NCBI GenBank assembly: GCA_965262725.1
Contig: OZ253555.1
Coordinates: 2,951,838-3,015,837 of the forward strand
Length of the DNA: 64,000 nucleotides
Source: Dehalococcoidia bacterium
Lineage (GTDB): Bacteria; Chloroflexota; Dehalococcoidia; UBA2979
Reading direction: 5' to 3'
Both the position numbers and the translations under genes were made by a program. This document shows, piece by piece, positions 1-8,629 of the stretch (position 1 is its first letter; each line of letters opens with the position of its first letter). The notes under the pieces are model-generated. The model had not been told where the DNA came from and ran no database searches. It saw nothing but the letters and a program-made list of their open reading frames with translations.

Positions 1-1108
1 GCGCGCCGAGCTTCCGCCAGGCGATCTCACCGGACACCTGAACGCGCCCCGCGAAGGTGCCGAGCCCGCAGTCGGTGCCGGCCAGCACGCGCTCGCGTCC
101 CACGACCTCTGCGAAGCGCAGGAGGCGATCGGCGACGACCCGCGGGTGCTCGATGATGTTGGTGGTGGTGTCGACGGCGCCGACGATCAGGAGCTTGTCC
201 CCGAGGTCGCGCCCGCGCCACGCGCGCCACTCGTGCTCGTGGCGCCCGTTGGACGCGGGGAAGGCGAGCGCCTGCGGGCGCGCGGCCAGCACGAGATCCG
301 CGATCTCCTCCATCGGCACGTCGCGGTGGTGGGGACCCTCGGTCGAGCCCCAGCATATGTGCATCCGCATCCGCTCCGGCGCGATGTTCCGCGTCGCCTC
401 GTTGAGCGCCTCCACGTGCTGGCGGGCGATGTCGCGGAAGTCGTCGAGCTCGCGCTCGGCGAACTGCTGGTGGCGCCCCAGCGCGAGATCGGGGCAGTCG
501 AGCTGCAGCAGGAAGCCGGCATCGACCACCGCCTCGTACTCGCGGCGCATCACGTCGGCGAGCGCGAAGACGTACTCCTCGTGGCTCGCGTAGTACTGGT
601 TCTCGAGGAAGCGGGCGATCTGCCCGGGCGAGGCCGCGGTGAGGAAGACCTCCTCCGCGCCCGCCGCCTCGGCCGGCTGCCGCAGCGTCGCCAGGTCGCG
701 CTCCACCGCGGCGAAGTCCCGCCACCCGACGGGGCCGGTGCAGGCCGGGCGGCGGCCGAAGGGCGAGCTCATCCGGCGCAGAACCTCCGCCCACTCCGGG
801 AACTCCTCGACGTCCGGGTTGCGCAGGACGCCGCTCCGCCCGCCGAAGCCCTCGAGGCGCTCGGCGACGTAGACCGTGTAGTCCACGCGCCCCATCTCCC
901 CGTCGTTGACCACGTCGATCCCGAGGTCGACCTGCCGCCTCACCGCGGCCGCGACGGCTGAGCGCACCGCCGCCTCGAAGGGCGCCCGGGCGGAGAGCTC
1001 GCCCCGCTCCTTCGCGACCATCAGGTCGAGCAGTGGCCCGGGCCTGGGCAGGCTCCCGGTGTGGGTGACCCGGATCCGATCCTCGCTCGAACGCACCTGA
1101 GCCCTCAC
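1..1108 (-). CDS. cobalamin-independent methionine synthase II-like protein (MetE C-terminal catalytic-domain family); 3' end runs off the window edge
   Basis: Manual reverse-strand translation from GTG at 1108 gives VRAQVRSSEDRIRVTHTGSLPRPGPLLDLMVAKERGEL...HICWGSTEGPHHRD...AFPASNGRHEHEW, which matches the MetE-like ~370 aa family. It is not in the ORF track because it leaves the window. The GTGA overlaps the upstream gene's stop. Confidence 0.7.
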   Translation of the reverse strand, partial: MRAQVRSSEDRIRVTHTGSLPRPGPLLDLMVAKERGELSARAPFEAAVRSAVAAAVRRQVDLGIDVVNDGEMGRVDYTVYVAERLEGFGGRSGVLRNPDVEEFPEWAEVLRRMSSPFGRRPACTGPVGWRDFAAVERDLATLRQPAEAAGAEEVFLTAASPGQIARFLENQYYASHEEYVFALADVMRREYEAVVDAGFLLQLDCPDLALGRHQQFAERELDDFRDIARQHVEALNEATRNIAPERMRMHICWGSTEGPHHRDVPMEEIADLVLAARPQALAFPASNGRHEHEWRAWRGRDLGDKLLIVGAVDTTTNIIEHPRVVADRLLRFAEVVGRERVLAGTDCGLGTFAGRVQVSGEIAWRKLGA

Positions 1109-2022
1109 TCCCCGGAGCGGGCGCCGCCCGCCGAATCGCTCCCGTAGCGCTCGTCGAGCGCGCGGTACTCGCCGAGACCCACGATCTCGTCTCGTTCGGC
1201 GAACGTCGCGAGGCGATGGTCGAGGGCGGCGGCGTTGCCGTCGCGACCGATCGCCTCGAGCGTCTCCTGCATCGCCCGGATCGCGGCGCGCTGCAGGTCG
1301 GAGGGGAGGATCGCGACGCGGTAGCCAAGCTCGGCCAGGCGCTCGCGGGGGAGGAGCGGCGTCTTTCCGCCGCGGAAGACGTTGATGAGCTTCGGCCCCG
1401 GCAGCCGCTCGGCGATGGCCTCGACCTGCGCCTCGCTCTCCGGCGCCTCCACGAAGAGAACGTCGGCGCCGGCCTCCCGGTAGGCCTCGGCGCGCGTGAG
1501 GGCGGCGTCCAGGCCCTCGACCGCGATGGCGTCGGTGCGGGCGATGATCACGAGGTCAGGGTCGCGCCTGGCCTCGAGCGCCGCGCGGAGCTTCCCCAGC
1601 ATCTCATCGGTCGGCACCAGCCTCTTCCCCTCGTAGTGCCCGCAGCGCTTCGGCGACTCCTGGTCCTCCAGGTGCAGCGCCGCCACGCCGAGCCGCTCGA
1701 AGGCGCGCACGGTGCGGCGGACGTTCAGCGCGTTCCCGTAGCCGGTGTCGGCGTCGGCGATGACGGGGATCCCGACCGCCTCGGTGATCTGGCCGAGCCT
1801 TCCGAGCACCTCGCCGACGCCCAGGAGCCCGAGATCCGGGTAGCCGGCCGACCGCGCGATCGCACCCCCGGAGGCGTAGACGGCCTCGGCGCCCGAGCGC
1901 TCGGCGAGGCGGGCCGAGAGCCCGTCGAAGACGCCCGGGGCCACCAGCAGCTGCTCGCGCGCAAGCAGGCGGCGGAGGTGCGCGGCCGGCGGGCGCGGGG
2001 CGGGAACGGCGGGCTCGCTCAT
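1105..2022 (-). CDS. isocitrate lyase/PEP mutase family protein (2-methylisocitrate lyase / carboxyvinyl-carboxyphosphonate phosphorylmutase-like)
   Basis: This is the internal ATG (MSEPAVPAPRPP...) of ORF 1105..2514. Motifs ADADTGYGN and EDQESPKRCGHYEGK are ICL/PEPM hallmarks. The N-terminal 164 aa of the track ORF are Arg/Gly-rich junk. Confidence 0.8.
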   Translation of the reverse strand: MSEPAVPAPRPPAAHLRRLLAREQLLVAPGVFDGLSARLAERSGAEAVYASGGAIARSAGYPDLGLLGVGEVLGRLGQITEAVGIPVIADADTGYGNALNVRRTVRAFERLGVAALHLEDQESPKRCGHYEGKRLVPTDEMLGKLRAALEARRDPDLVIIARTDAIAVEGLDAALTRAEAYREAGADVLFVEAPESEAQVEAIAERLPGPKLINVFRGGKTPLLPRERLAELGYRVAILPSDLQRAAIRAMQETLEAIGRDGNAAALDHRLATFAERDEIVGLGEYRALDERYGSDSAGGARSGE

Positions 2023-2069
2023 CGCCGCGATGCTAGCGGATCGCCCGCGGGGCGGGGCGCCACCACGCC

Positions 2070-2495
2070 TCACGTCACCGTGAGCGGAACGCCCGCCGAG
2101 CAGAGCCGGCAGGCGGCGGGATCGACACTCTCCATCTCCACCTCGGTCGCCGCGAAGAAGGGAAGGCCGAAGTCGAAGGCGCCGCCCGATCGGTCGACGA
2201 GCACCGCGACGCCCACGGGATCCCCCCCGGCCGCGCGCACCGCCTCGATGGTCTCGCGCACCGACCCGCCCGTGGTGAGCACGTCGTCGACCACCAGCGC
2301 GCGCTCGCCGGCCCGCAAGCGGAATCCACGCTGCAGCGCGCGCCCAGTCCCGTCGGGCCGGCGCTCCGCGATCACGCCGCGAAGCCCGAGCTGGCGCGCC
2401 ACCTCGTAGGAGAGGATCACGCCGCCGGTGGTCGGGCCAGCGACGAGCTCGGGGCGGGTGTGGCTGAGCGCTGCGGCCATCTTGCGGCAGACCAC
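2070..2495 (-). CDS. pyrE: orotate phosphoribosyltransferase; the annotated GTG start is too short, and the N-terminus continues in frame upstream to about 2640 with no canonical start
   Basis: VVDDVLTTGGS PRPP-binding motif. The in-frame upstream translation EIAVDREVVAALEQAGAFLRGHFQLASGRHSDRYLEKFNLL is a typical OPRTase N-terminus. Confidence 0.8.
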   Translation of the reverse strand: MVCRKMAAALSHTRPELVAGPTTGGVILSYEVARQLGLRGVIAERRPDGTGRALQRGFRLRAGERALVVDDVLTTGGSVRETIEAVRAAGGDPVGVAVLVDRSGGAFDFGLPFFAATEVEMESVDPAACRLCSAGVPLTVT

Positions 2496-2614
2496 CTGGG
2501 TCTGCGGCGGCCATTGCAGCAGGTTGAACTTCTCAAGGTAGCGGTCGGAGTGGCGGCCAGAGGCGAGCTGGAAGTGGCCCCGAAGGAAGGCCCCCGCCTG
2601 CTCGAGCGCGGCGA

Positions 2615-3517
2615 CTACCTCACGATCGACGGCGATCTCGACACCTCCGGCCCCACGGCGCGCGGCTGCCGCACGTGATCGACGCCGCCGACGGCGGAGG
2701 GCGGCCAGTAGCGAAACTCGGCACGCCCGATGATCCGGGACGCCTCGAGCATACCCCAGGAGTGGGAGTCGAAGGAGTTGTTGCGGTTGTCCCCGAGGAC
2801 GAAGACGGAGCCCTCCGGCACCAGCTGCGTCTCAAGCCCGTAGGTCGGCGGCTCGGAGACGTAGGGTTCTATGAGCCGGACGCCGTCGACGTAGACGGAG
2901 GAGTCCTCGACGCGGACCGTCTGCCCCTCCACGGCCACAACACGCTTGATGAAGTCGCGCTCCCGCTCGCCCGGGAAGCGGAAGACGATGATGTCGCCCA
3001 CGGCCGGCTCCCCGAAGGGGCGCCACTCGTCGCCCTCCACCCCGGGCAGCCACGCAAGATCGATCCCCGCGTAGGCGAGCTTGTTCACGATCAGGAGCTC
3101 GCCGTGGGCGAAGGTCGGCTCCATCGAGCGACCGTCGACGATGAAGTTCTGGGCCACGGCGCGAACGGCGAGGAACATCAGTAGCGCGAGCGCCACCACC
3201 TCGAGCGTCTCGGAGAGGCCGCGGAGGCCCCACGGCCAGAGCGCCGCGCCCGGGGCCGGCTCCCGCGGCGCCGCCCGCGGCCCGGGAGCCGGCGGCGGCG
3301 GCCACCATTCAGGGGGCGCGCCGGGGGCGTGCGGTCGCGCGCGAAGCCGCCTCTCGCCGGGGGCGCGGCTGACGCGGCGCGGCGGCGCGTTCGGCGCATG
3401 CGGCAACACGGCGGCGCCGCCTGGTGCGGGAAGGCGCGCGGACGTTGGTTCGGCGGGCGGCCGCGGAGCGCCGGGCAGATCCGGGTGCGCGGTCCCCGGG
3501 GCGAGGTTCGGCTCCAC
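2615..3517 (-). CDS. lepB: signal peptidase I with a Pro-rich N-terminal extension
   Basis: TM anchor LEVVALALLMFLAVRAVAQNF, catalytic Ser region GRSMEPTF, GDNRNNSFDSHSWG box. Confidence 0.8.
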   Translation of the reverse strand: MEPNLAPGTAHPDLPGAPRPPAEPTSARLPAPGGAAVLPHAPNAPPRRVSRAPGERRLRARPHAPGAPPEWWPPPPAPGPRAAPREPAPGAALWPWGLRGLSETLEVVALALLMFLAVRAVAQNFIVDGRSMEPTFAHGELLIVNKLAYAGIDLAWLPGVEGDEWRPFGEPAVGDIIVFRFPGERERDFIKRVVAVEGQTVRVEDSSVYVDGVRLIEPYVSEPPTYGLETQLVPEGSVFVLGDNRNNSFDSHSWGMLEASRIIGRAEFRYWPPSAVGGVDHVRQPRAVGPEVSRSPSIVR

Positions 3518-3551
3518 GACCCCAGTATACGCCGCACCGGCCCGCGACCCA

Positions 3552-4394
3552 CTAGCGGGCGGAGGCCGCGGCTCCCAGCCAGCCGATGCGCGCTCTGGCG
3601 ACGGCCGCGACCTCGGCCCGCGCGTCGTGAAGAGCCGGCCGCGGGTCGTCCCCGTGGTCCCGGAGGGAGCCGGCGAGCGCGCGCGCGACGGCCCGGTGGA
3701 TCTCGCGCGAGATATTGACCTTGCGCACGCCGGCCGACACTGCGGCGGCGAGAGCCGGCGGCGCCACGCCGGAGCCGCCGTGCAGCACGAGCGGCAGGCC
3801 CTCGGTCCGGCGGCGGATCTCGCGGACGAGCGGGATGCTCACCTCGCCCGCGCGCCCGTGCGCCGTCCCCACCGACACCGCGAGCGCGTCGACGCCCGTC
3901 TCGGCGACGAAGCGGGCCGCCTGGCGCGGATCGGTGAGATCCGTCTCGGAGGTCACCACCCCTGGCTCGCTTCCGCCGACGTGGCCGAGCTCCGCCTCGA
4001 GCGCGACGCCGGCCGCGGCCGCGATCGCCCGGGCCGCCCGCGTCTCGCGCACATTCTGCTCATAGGGAAGCGTGGAGCCGTCGAACATGACCGAGGTGCA
4101 TCCCGCGGCGACCGCGCGGCGGAGCGTCGAGGCGTCCGCGCCGTGGTCGAGGTGAAGGCCGACCGGCACGTTCGCGCCGCGCGCGAGAGCAAGCAGGTAC
4201 GCCGCCGCCGGTTCCAGCCCGCCCATCGCGTCGAAGTTCCCCGAGTTGAACTGGAGCAGCACCACGGCGTGGAGCGCCTCCGCCGCGTCGAGGACGCCGA
4301 GCGCCATGCCGGGCGTGGAGACGTTGAAGGCGGGGAGCGCGAAGCCTCCCCGCTCCGCCGCGGCGAGCAGATCGCGGGCCGCCGCGACCGGCAT
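3552..4394 (-). CDS. class II fructose/tagatose-bisphosphate aldolase family protein
   Basis: LHLDHG zinc-binding motif, GFALPAFNV N-terminus, length 280 aa. Confidence 0.8.
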   Translation of the reverse strand: MPVAAARDLLAAAERGGFALPAFNVSTPGMALGVLDAAEALHAVVLLQFNSGNFDAMGGLEPAAAYLLALARGANVPVGLHLDHGADASTLRRAVAAGCTSVMFDGSTLPYEQNVRETRAARAIAAAAGVALEAELGHVGGSEPGVVTSETDLTDPRQAARFVAETGVDALAVSVGTAHGRAGEVSIPLVREIRRRTEGLPLVLHGGSGVAPPALAAAVSAGVRKVNISREIHRAVARALAGSLRDHGDDPRPALHDARAEVAAVARARIGWLGAAASAR

Positions 4395-4492
4395 CGTGCC
4401 CTCCCCGCGCTTCGGTTCGCTCGTGCCGGGCCGATGCTACGCTCGCGGCCGGCGGCCGCGCGAGCGGCGGAGGCGGAGGGGATGGGCGGCGG

Positions 4493-5164
4493 ATGTCCCA
4501 TCGCGGCGGCGCAACCGGGCCCGCTGGCGGCGACGCGCCCGCGGCGGAGGCGGCCGCCGCGGAGGACGCGGAGCTGATTCGGCGCGCGCAGGGAGGAGAC
4601 CTCGCGGCCTTCAACAGCATCGTGCTCCGGCACCAGGACGCTGTCTACGGGCTCGCGTTCCGCTTCCTGAGCGAGCGCGGGGCGGCGGAGGACGCAGCCC
4701 AGGAGGCATTCCTGCGCGCCTACCGCTCCGCGGGGCGCTTCCGGGGCGGCTCGGTGCGCTCCTGGCTCCTCACGATCGTCGCGAACCTTGCGCGCGACGA
4801 GCTGCGCCGCCGCGGACGCCGCCGCGAGCGATCGCTTGAGGCCGACCGGGAGCGCCTCCCCGCCCGGCCCGAGCCCACCGACGGAGGACCCACGCCGGAG
4901 GAGCACGCCGTTGCGACCGGCCGGCGCGCGGAGCTCCGCGCCGAGCTCGAGGCGGCGCTCGCCACCCTCCCCGAGGAGTGGCGGATGACCGTCCTGCTCG
5001 CCGATGTCCACGGGCTGCGGCACGAGGAGGTGGCGAGGGCGACCGGCGTCGCCCCGGGCACGGTCAAGTCGAGGCTCTCCCGTGCGCGCGCCCGGTTGCG
5101 CGACATCCTGCTCTCACCCGGGGAACCCGGAGCGGCTCCGCGTCGTCTGGAGGAGTGGAGATGA
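4493..5164 (+). CDS. ECF (sigma-70 family) RNA polymerase sigma factor
   Basis: Region 2 (LIRRAQGGDLAAFNSIVLRHQDAVYGLAFRFL) and region 4 (MTVLLADVHGLRHEEVARATGVAPGTVKSRLSRAR). Confidence 0.85.
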   Translation: MSHRGGATGPAGGDAPAAEAAAAEDAELIRRAQGGDLAAFNSIVLRHQDAVYGLAFRFLSERGAAEDAAQEAFLRAYRSAGRFRGGSVRSWLLTIVANLARDELRRRGRRRERSLEADRERLPARPEPTDGGPTPEEHAVATGRRAELRAELEAALATLPEEWRMTVLLADVHGLRHEEVARATGVAPGTVKSRLSRARARLRDILLSPGEPGAAPRRLEEWR

Positions 5165-5943
5165 TGCGCGGGTGGTGGTGGCGGCGGCGAGGGATGCCGG
5201 CGCGGGGAGGGGATCTTCCCGCGGGGGCGACCGTCTCCGAGATCCGCGACGAGCGGCTCTCGCTCTACCTCGACGGCGACCTCCCGGAGGGGGAGCAGGA
5301 GGCTTACGAGCGCGAGCTCGCCTCAGACGCGGGGAGCCGCGCCGCCCTGGAGGGGATGAGGGAGGTGACGGAGGCGCTGCGCGCTCTCGGCGCCGGCGAG
5401 CTCGGGGAGCTCCGGGCGCCGCGCCCCTTCACCCTCGCCGCTCCGACCGCCCGCCGGGGCCTGATCCGCACGCCCGGGGTCCTCGGCGAGCCCTCCGCGC
5501 GCCTCGGAGCGCTCGCCGCCGCGCTCGCGGCCGTCGCGCTCGTCGCGGTGGTCGGCATCGGCGTGGGTCCCGGCTTTGACGGGCGCGAGGCGCAGGAGGA
5601 GGCGGCCGCGGTGGAAGTCGCCGCGAGCGCGCCCGGCACCGCGGAACGCGCCGACGCCGCGTCGGCCGGGGCCGAACCGCCGATCACCGCCGCCGACTCG
5701 TCGGCCGGGAGCGACCAGCGGGACGCGGGACGCGTGACGGGAGCGCGGGTCGATGCGGACGACGGCGCGCCGGGAGAGGGTGCGGCGGTGGACGGACGGC
5801 CCGAGCCGGAGCCGACGCGCAGAGGCGAGACGGCGCCTGATGGGCCCACCGCGCTGCTCGTGGTCGCGCTCACGGCGGGGGCGGGGGTGCTCGCCCTGGC
5901 GGCACTCGCCGCCTGGCGTTCGATCGGGCGCCGGCGAGTCTGA
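5161..5943 (+). CDS. putative membrane-anchored anti-sigma factor
   Basis: ATGA overlap with the sigma factor stop. N-terminal anti-sigma-like region SEIRDERLSLYLDGDLPEGEQEAYERELA, then two predicted TM helices. Confidence 0.6.
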   Translation: MMRGWWWRRRGMPARGGDLPAGATVSEIRDERLSLYLDGDLPEGEQEAYERELASDAGSRAALEGMREVTEALRALGAGELGELRAPRPFTLAAPTARRGLIRTPGVLGEPSARLGALAAALAAVALVAVVGIGVGPGFDGREAQEEAAAVEVAASAPGTAERADAASAGAEPPITAADSSAGSDQRDAGRVTGARVDADDGAPGEGAAVDGRPEPEPTRRGETAPDGPTALLVVALTAGAGVLALAALAAWRSIGRRRV

Positions 5944-5982
5944 CGGGAGGAGGGCCGCGAACCCCGCGAGCGGGTAACGGCG

Positions 5983-6747
5983 ATGGACGAGGGGAGTGAA
6001 GCGATGACAGCGACGATGGGATCCCGGGCGAGGCGGGCCGTCGGGCTGGTGGCGGCCGCCGGCCTGCTCGTGTTTGCGGCGGGGGGCTGCGTCGAGGCGA
6101 CCACCAGCAGCAACGACGCGGCGTCGAGCGGGATATCGGTGACCGGCACGGGGAGCGTTGCAGTCGTCCCCGACGTCGGCGTGCTGAGCATCGGCGTCGA
6201 GGTCACCGCCGAGACGGTGGGGGAGGCGCGCGCCGACGCCGCCCGCACGATGGAGGCGATCGGGGAGGCGCTGCGTGCCAGCGGCGTCGACGACGGCGAC
6301 GTCGCGACGCGCTCCTTCAACATCTACCCGCAGTACCAGTACGAGGAGGGGAAGGCGCCGACGATCACCGGCTTCACTGTCAACAACCAGGTCACGGTGA
6401 AGGTGCGTGATATCGACCGCCTCCCGTCGACGCTCGACGACGCGATCGCGGCCGGGGGCGACTTCGTCCGCGTCAACAACGTCTCCTTCGCCGTCGACGA
6501 GCCGGAGCGCTTCTTCGCGGAGGCGCGCGAGAAGGCGGTCGCCGACGCCGGCGAGCGAGCCGCCCAGCTCGCCGCGCTCGCCGGCGTGGAACTCGGGGAT
6601 CCCCTCGTCATCACCGAGTCGACCGGGGGCGCGCCCTCGCCCTTTCCCGCCGCCTTCGCGGACTCGGCGCGGGTGAGCGCCACGCCGCTGCAGCCGGGTG
6701 AGGAGGAGATCACTATCGCCGTCTCGGTGACCTACGCCATCCGGTAG
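5983..6747 (+). CDS. SIMPL-domain (DUF541) lipoprotein
   Basis: Lipobox LVFAAGGC. SIMPL-like core VTGTGSVAVVPDV...FNIYPQYQYEEGKAPTITGFTVNNQVTVKVRD. Confidence 0.75.
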   Translation: MDEGSEAMTATMGSRARRAVGLVAAAGLLVFAAGGCVEATTSSNDAASSGISVTGTGSVAVVPDVGVLSIGVEVTAETVGEARADAARTMEAIGEALRASGVDDGDVATRSFNIYPQYQYEEGKAPTITGFTVNNQVTVKVRDIDRLPSTLDDAIAAGGDFVRVNNVSFAVDEPERFFAEAREKAVADAGERAAQLAALAGVELGDPLVITESTGGAPSPFPAAFADSARVSATPLQPGEEEITIAVSVTYAIR

Positions 6748-6863
6748 CGACCGGGGCTAGGGTAGGATGGCGGCACCCGCTCCCGCTCAGGAGGCGAGCC
6801 CGTGGCTCTGAGCGACCGAACGATCACGGAAGCCCGGGCGACCGCCGGCCGGCGGCATACCGG

Positions 6864-8030
6864 GTGAGCGCGAGCACGCCGGGGAGCTCGGAACAGCCCT
6901 CCGCGCCGATGCGCGAGGCGCTCGCGGCCGCGGAGCGAGCCCGCGGCTGGAGTTCGCCGAACCCGCCGGTCGGCGCGGTTCTCGTCTCCGACGGCCGCAT
7001 CGTCGGCCGCGGCCACACGAAGCCGCCCGGGGGCGATCACGCGGAAATCGTCGCGCTCGCCGAGGCCGGCGGCCTCGCGCGCGGCGCCACCGCCTACGTC
7101 ACGCTCGAGCCCTGCGCGCACCACGGGCGCACGCCCCCCTGCGCGGAGGCGCTGATCGCCGGCGGGATCCGGCGCGTCGAGTACGCGCTCGCCGACCCCG
7201 ACCCGCGGGTCGACGGCCGCGGCGCCGAGAGACTCCGCTCGGGCGGCATCGAGGTCGGCTCCGGCGACGGGGCTGAGGCCGCCACGGAGCAGCTCGCCGC
7301 CTATCTCACCCACCGCCGGACGGGACGGCCGCGGGTGATCGCGAAGTTCGTCGCCTCCCTCGACGGGCGGATCGCCTCGGCCACGGGCGACTCGCGCTGG
7401 CTCTCGGGCCCGGAGACCCGCGAGTGGGCGCACCGCGAGCGACCGACTTTCGATGCGATCGTGGTCGGATCCGGGACCGTCGTCGTGGACGATCCCGAGC
7501 TGACGGCGCGGCCCGGCGGCAGCACCGCGGGGGCGCACCAGCCACTGCGCGTCGTCGTCGACACGCGCGGGCGCACGCCCGCTGCGGCACGCGTGATCGC
7601 CGGTCCCTCGCCGACGCTCGTCGCAACCTCCGAGCGCTCGGCCCGGGCGTGGCGGGAGGGAATGCAGGCGGCGGGCGCCGATGTGGTGCTCCTCCCGGAG
7701 GCCGGCGGCCACGTCGATCCGGCGGCGCTCCTCGACGAGCTCGGACGCCGCGGAGTGCTGGCGGCGATTGTGGAGGGGGGCGGGATCCTGCTCGGGACGC
7801 TCTTCGACCGGCGACTGGTCGACTACGTGCACGCCGTGCTCACGCCGCTCATCGTCGGCGCGGAGAAGGCGCCGGCGGCGGTGGCCGGCCGCGGAGCTCA
7901 GCGCCTCGCCCACGCTCCTCGCCTCTCCGCGGTGCAGGTGGAACAGCTCGGACCGGATGTCCGGATATCCGGCGTCCCGGTGTGGCCGGAGGCCGCCGGG
8001 ACGGCGGGACAGGGCGGGGAGGAGCGCTGA
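6864..8030 (+). CDS. ribD: bifunctional diaminohydroxyphosphoribosylaminopyrimidine deaminase / 5-amino-6-(5-phosphoribosylamino)uracil reductase; the true start is possibly the ATG at 6909
   Basis: CMP/dCMP deaminase zinc motif HAEIVAL...LEPCAHHGRTPPC. Reductase half follows. Confidence 0.9.
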   Translation: MSASTPGSSEQPSAPMREALAAAERARGWSSPNPPVGAVLVSDGRIVGRGHTKPPGGDHAEIVALAEAGGLARGATAYVTLEPCAHHGRTPPCAEALIAGGIRRVEYALADPDPRVDGRGAERLRSGGIEVGSGDGAEAATEQLAAYLTHRRTGRPRVIAKFVASLDGRIASATGDSRWLSGPETREWAHRERPTFDAIVVGSGTVVVDDPELTARPGGSTAGAHQPLRVVVDTRGRTPAAARVIAGPSPTLVATSERSARAWREGMQAAGADVVLLPEAGGHVDPAALLDELGRRGVLAAIVEGGGILLGTLFDRRLVDYVHAVLTPLIVGAEKAPAAVAGRGAQRLAHAPRLSAVQVEQLGPDVRISGVPVWPEAAGTAGQGGEER

Positions 8031-8629
8031 TGTTCACCGGTATCGTCGAGGAGGTCGGAGTCCTCCTGGGGCGGGAGGGCGGCGAGCTCGTGGTCGGCTG
8101 TGGGGTCGTGCGCGAGGGGACGCGCCTCGGGGACTCCATCGCCGTGAACGGCGTCGACCTGACGGTGCGGCGAATGGAGGAGGGCGCGCTCTTCTTCGAC
8201 GTGATGCCGGAGACCTTCCGGCGCTCGAACCTCGGAGAGCTTCCCCCGGGCTCGCCCCTCAACCTCGAGCGCTCGGTAAGGCCGAACGACCGGCTCTCGG
8301 GACACCTGGTGCGGGGGGTAGTGGAGACCATCGCCCGGCTCGAGAGCCTCACGCCGGAGGGGGAGGCGTTGATCGCGCGCTACCGGGTCCCCGAGCCCTA
8401 CATGCGCTACATCGTCGAGAAGGGTCCCGTCTGCGTGGACGGCGCATCGCTCACCGTGGTCGCCCGGGACGATACCGGATTCGCCGTCTCGCTGGTGCAG
8501 TACACGCAGCAGCACACAAACCTGACGCGCCGGAGCCCCGGTGATAGCATCAACCTCGAGACCGACATCATCGCCCGCTACGTCGAGCAACTCGCGCTGC
8601 CGCTGCTCGAGGAGCGGGAACGCGCGTGA
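8030..8629 (+). CDS. ribE: riboflavin synthase alpha subunit
   Basis: MFTGIVEEVG start and duplicated lumazine-binding halves. TGATG overlap with ribD, GTGA overlap with ribBA. Confidence 0.9.
   Translation: MFTGIVEEVGVLLGREGGELVVGCGVVREGTRLGDSIAVNGVDLTVRRMEEGALFFDVMPETFRRSNLGELPPGSPLNLERSVRPNDRLSGHLVRGVVETIARLESLTPEGEALIARYRVPEPYMRYIVEKGPVCVDGASLTVVARDDTGFAVSLVQYTQQHTNLTRRSPGDSINLETDIIARYVEQLALPLLEERERA

Noticed and set aside
27-1328. 433-aa minus-strand ORF, plus the 271-aa plus-strand ORF at 146..961
   Set aside because: Both have Arg/Ala/Gly-rich or antisense-like composition. The third minus frame, absent from the track because it leaves the window, encodes a clean MetE-like protein.
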